From a virus, in IMG/VR virus record IMGVR_UViG_3300021963_005223, positions 1 through 64,000 of that record: a stretch of 64,000 nt of DNA, one strand, 5' to 3'. The notes under the pieces were generated by a model that did no database searches, had not been told where the DNA came from, and was given only the letters and a program-made list of their open reading frames with translations. Each line of letters opens with the position of its first letter. The stretch's first letter is position 1. Below are positions 35,297-46,485 of the stretch, piece by piece. A program made the position numbers and the translations under genes.

Positions 35297-36472
35297 ATGG
35301 CATTTCAAGACGAAATGGGTAATTATTACGGTGATGGTTCGAGCCAAAACGCTGAGCCAAAAAACTCATCACAGCCAGCTGTTCCACCAAAAGTATTAAC
35401 TGGTCCTTTATATACTTCTAGAGAAAGAACTACGTTTGATAGCAAAACTTACAATATAGAACAACATTCATACCCTCAAGATATTATGAGTTTTGAATAT
35501 GGTGGAAACTATGTATTGTTTTATATTAATGTTGCTGTTGAATCTAAACTATTCAATGATGCTAAAGTTGAGACAGTTGCTGACGTCCCAACCAGAGATA
35601 GAGGTTCAACTATTGCTATGAATGAAAAGTTATATGACGACCCTACTAGCGGAAAATCTAAAGCTGCTTTTGTTGGATTAAATGCAGCAGGACAAGTAAT
35701 TGAAGGTGCTGCAGCTGGTGGTTTATTTGCAGGTAGAAAGGGTGCTGTTGTTGGAGCAACTTTAAATGCTGCTCCAGCTGCTATTGGTATCGGTGCTGCA
35801 GCGACTCAAGCTGCTTCTGTAACTCGTGCGCAGAAAAGATTAAAAACTGCTATTGCATTGCATATTCCAAACCAATTAAATATTCGTTATGGTGTTTCTT
35901 ATGGCGAGGAAGATACATTTTCATATCAAGCTGCAGCTGCTGGCGCAGAAGCAATACTTAAAGCATTAGAAGGTGGTGGAGCAAAAAATTTAGGTAATGA
36001 TGCAGCTGCGATTGTTGGCGCGATGGGATTAAAAAGTGATAAACAAGGTGCAGCTGCCAGCGCAGCATTTGGTTTGGCATCAAACCCAAAGAAAGAACAA
36101 GTATTTAAGAATGTCGACTTTAGAACATTCCAGTTTGACTATCAGTTCTTTCCAAGAAATAAAGATGAAGCAGCCAATGTTATAGAAATTATTAATACAT
36201 TCAAATATCACATGCATCCAGAATTTAAAGATGCGAATGAATTTTTATATGTTTATCCTTCTGAGTTTGATATAACATATTATCAAAACGGACAAGAGAA
36301 TCAAAATTTACATCGTCATACTTCTTGCGTACTAACAGAAATGAATGTGAACTATACACCTAACGGACAGTTTAACAGTTTTGATAATGGTATGCCAACG
36401 CAAATTAATATAACATTAAGTTTCCGTGAACTTTCACTTCTTACTAAAGATAAGATTAAGGATGGTCTATAA
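35297..36472 (+). CDS. gp48: baseplate tail tube cap
   Basis: NPKKEQVF..FRTFQFDYQFFPRN, VNYTP, LSFREL. Confidence 0.85.
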   Translation: MAFQDEMGNYYGDGSSQNAEPKNSSQPAVPPKVLTGPLYTSRERTTFDSKTYNIEQHSYPQDIMSFEYGGNYVLFYINVAVESKLFNDAKVETVADVPTRDRGSTIAMNEKLYDDPTSGKSKAAFVGLNAAGQVIEGAAAGGLFAGRKGAVVGATLNAAPAAIGIGAAATQAASVTRAQKRLKTAIALHIPNQLNIRYGVSYGEEDTFSYQAAAAGAEAILKALEGGGAKNLGNDAAAIVGAMGLKSDKQGAAASAAFGLASNPKKEQVFKNVDFRTFQFDYQFFPRNKDEAANVIEIINTFKYHMHPEFKDANEFLYVYPSEFDITYYQNGQENQNLHRHTSCVLTEMNVNYTPNGQFNSFDNGMPTQINITLSFRELSLLTKDKIKDGL

Positions 36473-36963
36473 TGTACTTCGAAGATTTCCCAAAATTTTT
36501 ATATGACTTCGAAATTAAAGGTGAACGTAGATCATTCGTTGTCACCGATATAACAAGAAACATTCGTTTCCGCAGAGACGTTCTTGCAAATATAACAGTA
36601 TATGATGAGTATGATGTTGTTGATGGTGAAACACCAGAAATTGTAGCGGAGAAAATATATGGCGACGCACAATTTCACTGGGTAGTCATGTTAGCAAATG
36701 AAAGATTTGATTACAGATCTGATTGGGTAATGGATTATCCAAGACTTTCTGCGTTTATTGAAGATAAGTATGGCAATCAAGCTGATCAACCGCATCATTA
36801 TGAAGATGCTAAAGGTAATATCGTTCATTCCTCAGCTCCAGGTGCAGCATCGGTTTCTAATCGTCAATATGAAGAAGATTTAAATGAAAAGAAAAGAAGA
36901 ATTAAAATAGTTTCCCCACAAATATTAAATACAATATTAACTAACTTCGATAATTTATTATAA
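36472..36963 (+). CDS. gp53: baseplate wedge subunit
   Basis: GETPEIVAEKIYG, HWVVMLAN, NEKKRRIK. Confidence 0.9.
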   Translation: MYFEDFPKFLYDFEIKGERRSFVVTDITRNIRFRRDVLANITVYDEYDVVDGETPEIVAEKIYGDAQFHWVVMLANERFDYRSDWVMDYPRLSAFIEDKYGNQADQPHHYEDAKGNIVHSSAPGAASVSNRQYEEDLNEKKRRIKIVSPQILNTILTNFDNLL

Positions 36964-38240
36964 TGCAGCCACAACAAACATTAAGATTTGCTGGTGATGT
37001 ATCAGTAGGTAAAGTTAGAGTAATATCACAAAGCGGATTTTATCAAGACATTGCCAATCAAATTATAGGTATACAAGTTTTTGAAGACTTGTTATCGCCT
37101 TTCATCACAGGTACTTTAATTATTAAAGACTCTTTAGATTTAATTAATCTATTTCCATTCGTAGGTGAAGAATATGTTGAACTTGATATTAAAACACCAA
37201 CATTAAAAACAGGAAATATATCTGGTAAGTTTTACATCTATAAGATGACAGACAGAGAAATGCTTAAAGATAAACAAGTAGTTTATCAATTACACTTCAC
37301 TTCTCAAGACGCACTAATTGATTTAAATAAAAGTATTAGTAAAACTTTTACAGGTAAAGTATCTGATATTGCAAATACATTATTGACGGATAAGACTAAT
37401 GGTATACAATCAACTAAGAAAAATATTGTAGAAGAGACATCCAATTCAACCAAATATACTTCTAATTTCTGGTCTCCGATTAAAAACTTATTATATTTAA
37501 CTGACAACGCTGTAAGTAAAAATGCTTCACCGAGTTATGTGTTTTTTGAAAACAGAGACGGATATAATTTCGTTTCTTTAGATTTTTTATATAAACAACC
37601 AATTATAGCCAACTTCACATTTGACAATTATGTTCGTGATGATAGACCAATGGGTGGAAGTATTAAAAATTTAGAAGAAGATTATAAAAGAATTATTGGA
37701 ATTAAAATTCCAACAGGAATAGATTATATTGATAGAATCTCTTCTGGTGTTTATGGTTCCAGAATGTATACACATGATATTGCTTCTAAGAAAATATCAA
37801 GTAATAATTTTGATATGTTAAAAAATGCCAAAAAGCAAAGTCGTTTAAACGAGTTCCCTCCTGCTTCCAAGAAAGTTATATATCGTTACGGTTCAACTAT
37901 TATGTTTAAACCAAAATATTATAATAACTTTTCTAATTTTGGTGATGTGACTAATGCTGGAATAATCCAAGAAAGAACGTCATTAATGAAACAAGCAGAA
38001 TCAACTAAAATACAAATTGTAGTTCCTGGACGTTGTGATTATACGGTAGGTAGAAAAGTTTATGTAAAACTTAATAAGATTGAACCAGTCAGTAAGAACG
38101 ATAAGAATACTATTGACAACATGTTCTCTGGGAATTATATTATATCTGCAATAAATCATTTTATCACTAAAGAAAAACATGAAAGTACTTTAGAGTTGAT
38201 AAAAGATTCTTTATTAATTAATCTGGATAAGGCGAAATAA
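36963..38240 (+). CDS. baseplate hub protein (gp27-like)
   Basis: FEDLLSPFITG, YVFFEN, FSGNYII. Located between gp53 and gp5. Confidence 0.7.
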   Translation: MQPQQTLRFAGDVSVGKVRVISQSGFYQDIANQIIGIQVFEDLLSPFITGTLIIKDSLDLINLFPFVGEEYVELDIKTPTLKTGNISGKFYIYKMTDREMLKDKQVVYQLHFTSQDALIDLNKSISKTFTGKVSDIANTLLTDKTNGIQSTKKNIVEETSNSTKYTSNFWSPIKNLLYLTDNAVSKNASPSYVFFENRDGYNFVSLDFLYKQPIIANFTFDNYVRDDRPMGGSIKNLEEDYKRIIGIKIPTGIDYIDRISSGVYGSRMYTHDIASKKISSNNFDMLKNAKKQSRLNEFPPASKKVIYRYGSTIMFKPKYYNNFSNFGDVTNAGIIQERTSLMKQAESTKIQIVVPGRCDYTVGRKVYVKLNKIEPVSKNDKNTIDNMFSGNYIISAINHFITKEKHESTLELIKDSLLINLDKAK

Positions 38241-41122
38241 TGGAGTTGTATACTGGTGTAGTTGAGAATAGACAAGACCCACTAAAACTTGGTCGTTGTC
38301 AAGTTCGTGTGGTTGGTATCCACACAGATGATAAAACATTATTACCAACAGAAGATTTACCATGGGCATATCCGATGCAACCTGTTACATCTGCTGCTAT
38401 TAGTGGATTGGGTTACTCACCTACAGGTCCAGTTCCTGGCACATGGGTTATTGTTATGTTCCGTGACTCAGATCAACAACAGCCAATTATTTTAGGTACT
38501 GTTGGTGGTATACCTCAAACTAAAGCTGGCTCAAGAGCATCGGATGATTCTAATGATTCAATTCTACCAACTGAAGGTGGAATTTTAACAGACAGTAGTG
38601 GTAATCCTGTTACTGATAGCTCAGGACAACCAATTACAACTGGAACAGATGCAGCAAACAACTCTGCGCCAGTACCAGTAGCGTCAACTGCACCAGTTGT
38701 TACACCAAGTACAGACATTCCAACTACTCCTCCGCCAAAATCTGGTGCCGCAAATAAAGCGTCTGATGGTATCAAAGCACTCATCGCTGCTTGTGACAAA
38801 GTTGGTTTGACTACAAAATATGCAAAGTGCGCATTACTTGGTATTGCTGGTGGTGAGTCAAAGTGGGTTCCACAAAAAGAAGATTATCAATATAACCCAA
38901 CAAGACTTAAACAAATTTTCTCTGGAGCTACGCCAGAAGTTATAGATCAATATTCATATGCAAGAAAGAAAGGTATGTCTCGTCAAGAGTTCTTTTCTTT
39001 CTTCTATGGTCCATCTTTCCGTGGAAAAAATTTCTTGGGAAATAAAAATAATGACGATGGTGGTAAATATTATGGTCGTGGTTTTATTCAGTTGACTGGA
39101 CGTGCAAATTATGAAAGATATCAAAAACTTGGATTAGCTGCTGGCTTAAATATTGACATTGTAAATAACCCAGATTCACTTGATGATGATTTAAATACTT
39201 CTGCTCTTATTGCTGCTCTTTACATTAAGGATAGAGTTAAGGGTTGGGAAAAACTGATGTATCAAGAAGGATTCTTTGAAGCAGCGAAGACTTCAGTTGG
39301 TGTTAACTCTCCCGATATTGCATTAGTTAAAAAACAATACTATGAATATTTCTTGGGCGGACAAACTGGTCCAGAGCCAACTAATAAAGATGCAACTGCA
39401 GTTGAACCAAATTTAACACCTGCAGAAATAAAAGCTGCACCTCCAGAAAAACAAGAAGCATACAAAGAAGATCGTTCTGGTAATGCTACTCAATATGGTT
39501 TCACAGATCCATCTGGTAAATATCCATTACGTGATCATATGAATGAGTCTGATACTAATAGACTTGCACGTGGTGTTATTGAAGGTACTTGTTTCCAATT
39601 TAAAGATTTAATGCGTCAGAGAGATGTGCCAACTGCAAAAGGTTTAAAGTGGTCACAACCTCTTTCACCATATAATACCATTTATCCTTACAATAAGGTA
39701 TTTGAATCTGAATCTGGTCACTTAATGGAATTTGATGATTCTCCTGCAGGTGAGCGTATTCATTTATATCACCGCAAGGGAACATATCTTGAGATTGACC
39801 CAAATGGATCTCAATTAAATTTTATCGTTGGTGATAGTTATCAAATAGTATTGCGAAACAATAACCTTTATGTTAAAGGTTCGGGTAATATAACTGTCGG
39901 TGGCAATCTTCGTGTTTTGGTGCAAGGGGATGCTAATATTGAAGTGGAAGGTAACAGTAGTATTCTGATGAAAGGTGACGCAGAATTAGGTGTTGCTGGT
40001 AATCTAGACATGACTGTTGGTGAAGATTTCAATTTAAAAGTTAATGGCGATTATAATGTTATGGCAACAAACATTAGAAATTATGCAGAAGAAAAACACC
40101 AGACGTATGCGTCTTCCAATGTTGAAGTTAAATCTGATATGATTATTTTACAAAAGGCACAAGAAATTAACATCAATTCAGATGGTGAGATGAATATTCT
40201 CTCAGGTGCAACAATGCATGTAGATTATTCAGAAGGACAATTTGGTAATGGTGCAGCTGGCGCAGAACCAGATGCGGTAGAAGCAGTCGATTTAACTGCT
40301 CCAGAATTAATACAAGCAGTTGTTCCAAGTTTTGACAATTTACCACCACCAGAAAGATCTTTCGAAGATATTGCTAAATTTGAAACTCCTGATGAGTGGG
40401 AAACGCCAGCTGGACAGAAAGAAAAAGAAAAGCAGTATAACACTCCTGAATTTAAAGCACCTGAGAATAAAATTCCAGAAGCACAGGAAGTTCCACCTCC
40501 TACTGCACCAAATACAGTTAAAGGTAAACCAGTTGATACTGCTCCAGTATATAACACAACTGAATATGGTCCATCATTTAAACTTTCGAAGAATTTCACG
40601 ATTGCTCAATTGGTTGAACCATCAGTTATCCTTAGAGATATTGCAGTTGGTGGTAGTGTAATAACTAAACAAGATATTGTTGCTAATCTTGTTGCTCTTG
40701 CAGAAAATGTTTGCGAACCATTATATTCAACTTATGGTCCAACCAGTGGCAAGTTCGCACCGCAATCTCCAAAAGGTGCTTGGTGCATTAACTCTTGCTT
40801 AAGAAATGGTACTGGAAGATCACAACATGATATTGGCCAAGCAATAGATTTGCGTTACAATCCTAAACGTTCTTTCGAAGAAATGTGGAAATTTGCTCTT
40901 GAGTTAGAAAAGACATTACCATATGATCAAATTATTCTTGAGTATAGAAGACCAGGAGCTAAGTTTAATCCAGGTCCAGGTTGGATGAATTGGATTCATA
41001 TTTCTTATAATCCAAAAGGTTTACGTAAACAAAACTTTACTATGATTGATGACGTTTCAGTAAATGCACAAGGACAAGTGCAAGCTGGAAGTAGAGGACT
41101 ATTCTTGTTTGGAACATCATAA
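38240..41122 (+). CDS. gp5: baseplate central spike with GH19-like lytic domain and C-terminal M15-like peptidase domain
   Basis: GVVENRQDPLKLGRCQVR OB fold, YYGRGFIQLTG, YPYNKV..ESGH, beta-helix repeats, SQHDIGQAID..WIHIS. Confidence 0.88.
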   Translation: MELYTGVVENRQDPLKLGRCQVRVVGIHTDDKTLLPTEDLPWAYPMQPVTSAAISGLGYSPTGPVPGTWVIVMFRDSDQQQPIILGTVGGIPQTKAGSRASDDSNDSILPTEGGILTDSSGNPVTDSSGQPITTGTDAANNSAPVPVASTAPVVTPSTDIPTTPPPKSGAANKASDGIKALIAACDKVGLTTKYAKCALLGIAGGESKWVPQKEDYQYNPTRLKQIFSGATPEVIDQYSYARKKGMSRQEFFSFFYGPSFRGKNFLGNKNNDDGGKYYGRGFIQLTGRANYERYQKLGLAAGLNIDIVNNPDSLDDDLNTSALIAALYIKDRVKGWEKLMYQEGFFEAAKTSVGVNSPDIALVKKQYYEYFLGGQTGPEPTNKDATAVEPNLTPAEIKAAPPEKQEAYKEDRSGNATQYGFTDPSGKYPLRDHMNESDTNRLARGVIEGTCFQFKDLMRQRDVPTAKGLKWSQPLSPYNTIYPYNKVFESESGHLMEFDDSPAGERIHLYHRKGTYLEIDPNGSQLNFIVGDSYQIVLRNNNLYVKGSGNITVGGNLRVLVQGDANIEVEGNSSILMKGDAELGVAGNLDMTVGEDFNLKVNGDYNVMATNIRNYAEEKHQTYASSNVEVKSDMIILQKAQEININSDGEMNILSGATMHVDYSEGQFGNGAAGAEPDAVEAVDLTAPELIQAVVPSFDNLPPPERSFEDIAKFETPDEWETPAGQKEKEKQYNTPEFKAPENKIPEAQEVPPPTAPNTVKGKPVDTAPVYNTTEYGPSFKLSKNFTIAQLVEPSVILRDIAVGGSVITKQDIVANLVALAENVCEPLYSTYGPTSGKFAPQSPKGAWCINSCLRNGTGRSQHDIGQAIDLRYNPKRSFEEMWKFALELEKTLPYDQIILEYRRPGAKFNPGPGWMNWIHISYNPKGLRKQNFTMIDDVSVNAQGQVQAGSRGLFLFGTS

Positions 41123-41637
41123 TGTGGGAACCTGTTAATGCTTTATTGGGTACTTATGCGGAGTTAGCTTCGTTCAGTCATACAATACAATATTATACAG
41201 AAACTGCAGGAGACCCAACTGCAACACCTCCAACTACTGGTGGTAGAACTTATTACTCAGTTAGAATTATACCGCAAGAAATTAATCCAAATAGTGTGAG
41301 TATTTCTGGCGCAACTTTATCTGGGTTTTACAAAGGTATATTTAATGATGGTTTGACGACTAGAGACCGTAAAGGAAATATAACTACAATTACAACATTG
41401 GGTTCAAATGCCAGCGTCTGGGACGCAGTTAATAGATCCAATGTTCATGAAGTTATTGGGTTTGACCCAGATATGACTCGTAGTAGAACATTTTCTTATG
41501 TTGCACAAGCGTATGACCCATTAACCCCAAATACTATAATTGAGAGTCAGACATATAATGTTCTTTGTGAAGATAAAAACTGGACTCCAGGAATGATGTC
41601 TTTAAAGGAATTGGTTTCATATGCCAGCAATAACTAG
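41122..41637 (+). CDS. hypothetical baseplate-region protein
   Basis: Between gp5 and the PAAR gene. Confidence 0.65.
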   Translation: MWEPVNALLGTYAELASFSHTIQYYTETAGDPTATPPTTGGRTYYSVRIIPQEINPNSVSISGATLSGFYKGIFNDGLTTRDRKGNITTITTLGSNASVWDAVNRSNVHEVIGFDPDMTRSRTFSYVAQAYDPLTPNTIIESQTYNVLCEDKNWTPGMMSLKELVSYASNN

Positions 41638-41923
41638 AATTGGAGATAAGTCAACAGGACATGGGTGTTTTCCACCAACTGTTATGATAACCACACCTGT
41701 AGCAAAAACCTATTTTAATGGGAAATTTCCAGGTGTTGTGAGTCCAAACTGTAAATGGGCAGCTCATACTTGTGGAAGACAAACTCATAACTCAGATCAA
41801 AGGTATCCAACCTCTGGTGCAAGTAAAACGTATATTGAAGGTAATAAAGTAGCAAGAATAGCCGACCCAATCGCCTGTGGTGATGCAATTGGTCAAGGAT
41901 CTTCGAATTCTTTTGTAGAATAG
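41621..41923 (+). CDS. PAAR spike-tip protein (gp5.4-like)
   Basis: MPAITRIGD..GHGCFPP, VARIADPIACG. Confidence 0.9.
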   Translation: MPAITRIGDKSTGHGCFPPTVMITTPVAKTYFNGKFPGVVSPNCKWAAHTCGRQTHNSDQRYPTSGASKTYIEGNKVARIADPIACGDAIGQGSSNSFVE

Positions 41924-41937
41924 GACTAAATAATTAG

Positions 41938-42330
41938 ATGGCACGCAATACAAGAAACTTTTCGGATTTAGACTTAAATTTCACTGCTCATCCAGTGACG
42001 AAAGATATCGTCCTGAGATATGATGAAAATGCTATAAAAACCAGTCTAAAAAACCTAATCTTAACATCAAATTTTGAGAGACCTTTCCATAGTGAAATAG
42101 GATCTCCAATTAAGCGTTTGTTGTTCGAACCAGCCACACCAATGTTGGCTGTTGTTATGAAACGTGCAATCGTAGATACTGTTAATAATTTTGAGCCACG
42201 TGTTCAATTATTAAATGTTGATGTTGATGTATCAATAGATAGTAACGCTATTAGAGTTACGATAGAATTTAAAATAGTAAATACCGAAAGACCTTTAACT
42301 CTTGACCTCGTATTAGAGAGAACCCGATAA
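41938..42330 (+). CDS. gp25: baseplate wedge subunit
   Basis: ERPFHSEIGS, FEPRV. Confidence 0.93.
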   Translation: MARNTRNFSDLDLNFTAHPVTKDIVLRYDENAIKTSLKNLILTSNFERPFHSEIGSPIKRLLFEPATPMLAVVMKRAIVDTVNNFEPRVQLLNVDVDVSIDSNAIRVTIEFKIVNTERPLTLDLVLERTR

Positions 42331-44180
42331 TGGCAAATAAAAAGATAAACGTAACAGAGTTAGATTTTGATGCGATAAAATCTAACCTTAAGAATTTCCT
42401 AAAAGGACAAGAACAATTTCAAGATTATGATTTTGAGGGTTCTGGTCTTTCAATTCTTTTAGATGTTCTGGCTTATAACACACATTATAATGCTCTTTAT
42501 AATAACTTAACAATTAATGAGATGTTTTTGGATTCAGCCAGCAAAAGAAACAGCGTTGTTTCTTTGGCAAAAATGCTCGGTTACGTTCCACGTTCTTGCT
42601 CTTGCGCAACTTCCACAGTTCGTTTAACTGTAAATAGTGGAATTGCTGGACCAAGTGCTTTAACCCTACCAGCTTATAGCACGTTTTTAACTTCTGTTGA
42701 TGGAGTCCAGTATACATTCTATACAACTTCTTCTTATACAATTACTGGTACAGGAACATCTTATACATTCGATAATATTAAAATTGTTGAAGGAACTCCA
42801 CTTAATTTCATTTGGGAATACTCCAACGCAAACAATTATATTATTCCAAACGCAAACATAGATCTATCAACATTAAAAGTTAAAGTTCAAGAATCAGCTA
42901 ATTCTGATTTTTATGAAACTTTCACAAACTCATCTTCGATCACTACAGCCGATGCAACAACTAAAGTTTATTTTGTGAAAGAGATTGATGATGGATTATA
43001 TCAATTAACTTTTGGCGATGGTGTTATTGGTAGAGAATTGTCTGCTGGCAATATTATTCATATTGAATATATGGCATCTTCATTGGCTGCACCAAATGGA
43101 GCAAGATTGTTCCAATACACTGGACAAACATTAATATCTAATGCATCAAACGTAGTAACATGTTTGGCACCTGCTTCTGGTGGTTCTGTAGCAGAAGATA
43201 TTGAAAGAATTCGTTTTAATGCACCAAGAACTTATGCATCACAAAATCGTTGTGTAACACCAGACGATTATAAAGCATTAATTTATTCCGCACTACCATC
43301 AGCTAAAGCAGTTTCTGTTTGGGGTGGTGAAGACAATAATCCTCCAGTTTATGGAAAAATTTTCGTTTGTGTTAAACCTGTTGACTCATCTAAATTAACA
43401 CAACTTCAAAAGTCTGAGTTGGTTAATACAATACTACAAAGTAAAAACGTAGTTTCTGTTATCCCAGAAATAGTAGACCCAGAATATTTAAATATATCAC
43501 TTAATGTTGATGTAAAATATAACCCAAGAGAGACTACTAGATCTGCTCCAGAAATTCAAACTATTGTAACTAATACAATTTTTGATTATGATGATAATGA
43601 GTTAGAAAGTTTTGATGGTGTATTCCGTTTCTCAAAATTATCTGCAGCCATTGATGCTTCAGAAAAATCAATTACAAACAATACAATGACTGTATTGTTA
43701 AGAAGAAATATTGCACCTCGTTATAATGTTTCTGCGCAGTATCTATTGAATATTATTAATCCAATATATTACTCAGAAGCTCCTGGTGGTTCATTGGGTA
43801 CAACAGGATTTTATATTTACGGTAGTGATGATATTCACTATCTCGATGATAATGGATCCAACATTCGCTTATTTAAATATGGATCCAATGCTCAAAAGTT
43901 TATTGTTAATGAACAAATTGGAACTATTGATCACGCTAAGGGTATTTTAGATATTCGCAATTTACATATTGTAGCGTTGGCAGATATTGATTGGGAAATT
44001 ACACTTAAACCAAAATCAAATGACGTAGTTTCTGCATTAACGCAAATTGCTAAAATAGCCAGAGATCATTTATACGTAACTGCAACACCAGATCAAACTG
44101 CTATTGGAGATCTACGTGCTGGATTTAATTATACATTTAGCTCCTCAAATGCAACAGTTACAGGCGATAGAGTAATTTAA
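42330..44180 (+). CDS. gp6: baseplate wedge subunit
   Basis: ELDFDAIK, DYDFEGS, LAYNTHY, QNRCVTPDDY, WGGEDN. Confidence 0.95.
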   Translation: MANKKINVTELDFDAIKSNLKNFLKGQEQFQDYDFEGSGLSILLDVLAYNTHYNALYNNLTINEMFLDSASKRNSVVSLAKMLGYVPRSCSCATSTVRLTVNSGIAGPSALTLPAYSTFLTSVDGVQYTFYTTSSYTITGTGTSYTFDNIKIVEGTPLNFIWEYSNANNYIIPNANIDLSTLKVKVQESANSDFYETFTNSSSITTADATTKVYFVKEIDDGLYQLTFGDGVIGRELSAGNIIHIEYMASSLAAPNGARLFQYTGQTLISNASNVVTCLAPASGGSVAEDIERIRFNAPRTYASQNRCVTPDDYKALIYSALPSAKAVSVWGGEDNNPPVYGKIFVCVKPVDSSKLTQLQKSELVNTILQSKNVVSVIPEIVDPEYLNISLNVDVKYNPRETTRSAPEIQTIVTNTIFDYDDNELESFDGVFRFSKLSAAIDASEKSITNNTMTVLLRRNIAPRYNVSAQYLLNIINPIYYSEAPGGSLGTTGFYIYGSDDIHYLDDNGSNIRLFKYGSNAQKFIVNEQIGTIDHAKGILDIRNLHIVALADIDWEITLKPKSNDVVSALTQIAKIARDHLYVTATPDQTAIGDLRAGFNYTFSSSNATVTGDRVI

Positions 44181-46007
44181 ATGACAACCGAATTAAGAAG
44201 AAGTAAGTTATCTTCATTAATTTCAGGACAACTCCCAGAGTTTGTCCGTGAAGATCATCAAACTTTCGTCGCATTCTTAAAAGCATATTACACTTATCTG
44301 GATAATACTTCTCCAGATATTAAAGACTTAAGAGATTTAGACAAAACATTAAATTCTTTTATAGACCATTTTAGGAATGAGGTTGGTTTAAATTTACCAA
44401 CACAGATTAATGCAAATCCTAGATTTTTATTACAACATATTAAAGATCAATACTTAGCTAAAGGTTCTGAGTCATCCTATAAGTTATTATTCAGACTTTT
44501 GTTTGATAAAGAAGTTTCTATTGATTATCCATCTAAACAAATATTTCGTGTTTCAGATGGTAAATGGAATCAAGACGTTTCTATTATTGCAAAAGTTACT
44601 TCAGGTCATCCAGATCAAGTTGTTGGAAAACTTATTGATGTTATTACACCAACCAAAATTATTCGTGTTCAAATTGATAGAAGACAATATATTGAGATTG
44701 AAGTTGAACGTGTAGTACAAATTGCAGATGATATCTATGAATTTTACGTAGACCGAAGATTTTTCGGTGATGTTGGAATCGGCGATAGATTACGTTATAA
44801 AACTGGAGATATCTATTTTACCGCAGATATTCTTGCCACTACATCTAAATTAAAAGTATTAGTACCAGGAACTGGTTTCAAAATAGGGCAGCTTTACCCG
44901 ATTAGAAATAGTAAGGGTACTGGTTCTATTATGAAGATAACTAGAACTAATACGGAAGGTGGAATTTTAGACGCAGAGTTTATTAAGTTCGGTACTGGCT
45001 ATACAACAGATTTTACATCAACCATTTATGCTGACTTAGGACAGTCAGCAGCTGGAACTGGTGGAAGTTCTTTGCAGATAATCGGTGGTAATATTAGTAT
45101 TACTGAAGCTACCGATGGATTCACTGAATCTGGATCAATCAATAAATCAGATTATGCTGTAGCCAATGCTATCGATGGAACTTATGCTGGTGACATTCTA
45201 CGTGAATTTGGATCTGCTGGTGGAGGAAATGAATTTTCTAGCCCTTACGATCCTGCAGTTATTAAAGTTACTCTTGGTGCATTGGCAAAATACCCAGGAT
45301 ACTATATTACCAACGATAGTTTCTTGAATGATGCAATTTTTATTCAAGACAGTCGCTTTTACCAACCATTTTCTTATGTTTTAAAGATAGATGAAAGTTT
45401 AGATTCATACAAATCTATCGTTAAAACATTACTGCACCCTGCAGGTATGGCTGTATTTGGTGAATATGAAATTAAAAACGAGTTTGACATCGCCCTCACT
45501 CTTGAGGCGATGATTAAAAATCTATCAGTAACTATTCAAGATACTCAAAATATTGTAGATTTAGCTCCTAATGTATTTTTAACCAAAGGGTTTACTGACG
45601 ACTCGGTTTCTATTTCTGATCCTACAGTTTCTTTATTGACATGGAAACCTCTGGAAGATACACTGTCAGCACCAACAGATAGTCAGACTTTGTTATTCGG
45701 AAAAGGTTTAACCGATACGCAATTTTTATCTGATAGTACAACCAATGACATTGGTAAATCGTTATTAGATTTGCCAATACTTATCGACTCTGCACCTACC
45801 TTTGCTATAACCAAAGGACTTATAGATACACCAGTAATAACTGAACTACCTTACTTTTCGGTGACTAAATATATTAATAACACTGGTTCTGGAGATGATA
45901 TAACAACGCCAGTTGATTCTGGTGGTTTTATGATTTTAAACCCATATGCTGAAGCTGGTTGGTTTTTAGAACAGTATGTTGGAATCCCAATTAACTTCTC
46001 AGGCTAA
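44181..46007 (+). CDS. baseplate wedge subunit (gp7-like)
   Basis: QLPEFVREDH, KGSESSY, IQDSRFYQPFSY, LLHPAG. Confidence 0.75.
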   Translation: MTTELRRSKLSSLISGQLPEFVREDHQTFVAFLKAYYTYLDNTSPDIKDLRDLDKTLNSFIDHFRNEVGLNLPTQINANPRFLLQHIKDQYLAKGSESSYKLLFRLLFDKEVSIDYPSKQIFRVSDGKWNQDVSIIAKVTSGHPDQVVGKLIDVITPTKIIRVQIDRRQYIEIEVERVVQIADDIYEFYVDRRFFGDVGIGDRLRYKTGDIYFTADILATTSKLKVLVPGTGFKIGQLYPIRNSKGTGSIMKITRTNTEGGILDAEFIKFGTGYTTDFTSTIYADLGQSAAGTGGSSLQIIGGNISITEATDGFTESGSINKSDYAVANAIDGTYAGDILREFGSAGGGNEFSSPYDPAVIKVTLGALAKYPGYYITNDSFLNDAIFIQDSRFYQPFSYVLKIDESLDSYKSIVKTLLHPAGMAVFGEYEIKNEFDIALTLEAMIKNLSVTIQDTQNIVDLAPNVFLTKGFTDDSVSISDPTVSLLTWKPLEDTLSAPTDSQTLLFGKGLTDTQFLSDSTTNDIGKSLLDLPILIDSAPTFAITKGLIDTPVITELPYFSVTKYINNTGSGDDITTPVDSGGFMILNPYAEAGWFLEQYVGIPINFSG

Positions 46008-46028
46008 TAAATTTTATAGGAGATACAA

Positions 46029-46472
46029 ATGGACTTAAATGAAAATCTAAAAATGAAGGGTGAACTTACTATCGTTCACAAAAATGCTGAAGGACAAATT
46101 AAAGATGTAATTAGCATTCCTAACTTGGTAGTTACAGCTGGTAAACAATACATTGCTTCACGCATGGTTGGTGCTTCTGCTACTGTTATGACTCACATGG
46201 CTATCGGTACTGGTACTACAACTCCAGCAGTTGGAGATAGTACATTAGGAACTGAAGCTGGACGTGTTTCTTTAGCATCTTTTTCCGCTAGTGGAACAAG
46301 CGTAACTGCAACTGCAACTTTCCCAGCAGGTACTGGTACTGGTGCTATTACTGAAGCAGGTATTTTAAATGCAGCTTCTGCTGGTACTATGCTTTGCCGT
46401 ACTACATTCCCAGTTGTAAACAAAGCAGCTGGTGATAGCATTGCTATTACTTGGGTTATTACTGTAAGCTAA
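46029..46472 (+). CDS. virion structural protein
   Basis: [17 protein letters not shown]. Located in the baseplate operon. Confidence 0.7.
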   Translation: MDLNENLKMKGELTIVHKNAEGQIKDVISIPNLVVTAGKQYIASRMVGASATVMTHMAIGTGTTTPAVGDSTLGTEAGRVSLASFSASGTSVTATATFPAGTGTGAITEAGILNAASAGTMLCRTTFPVVNKAAGDSIAITWVITVS

Positions 46473-46485
46473 TAAAACTAAAACC

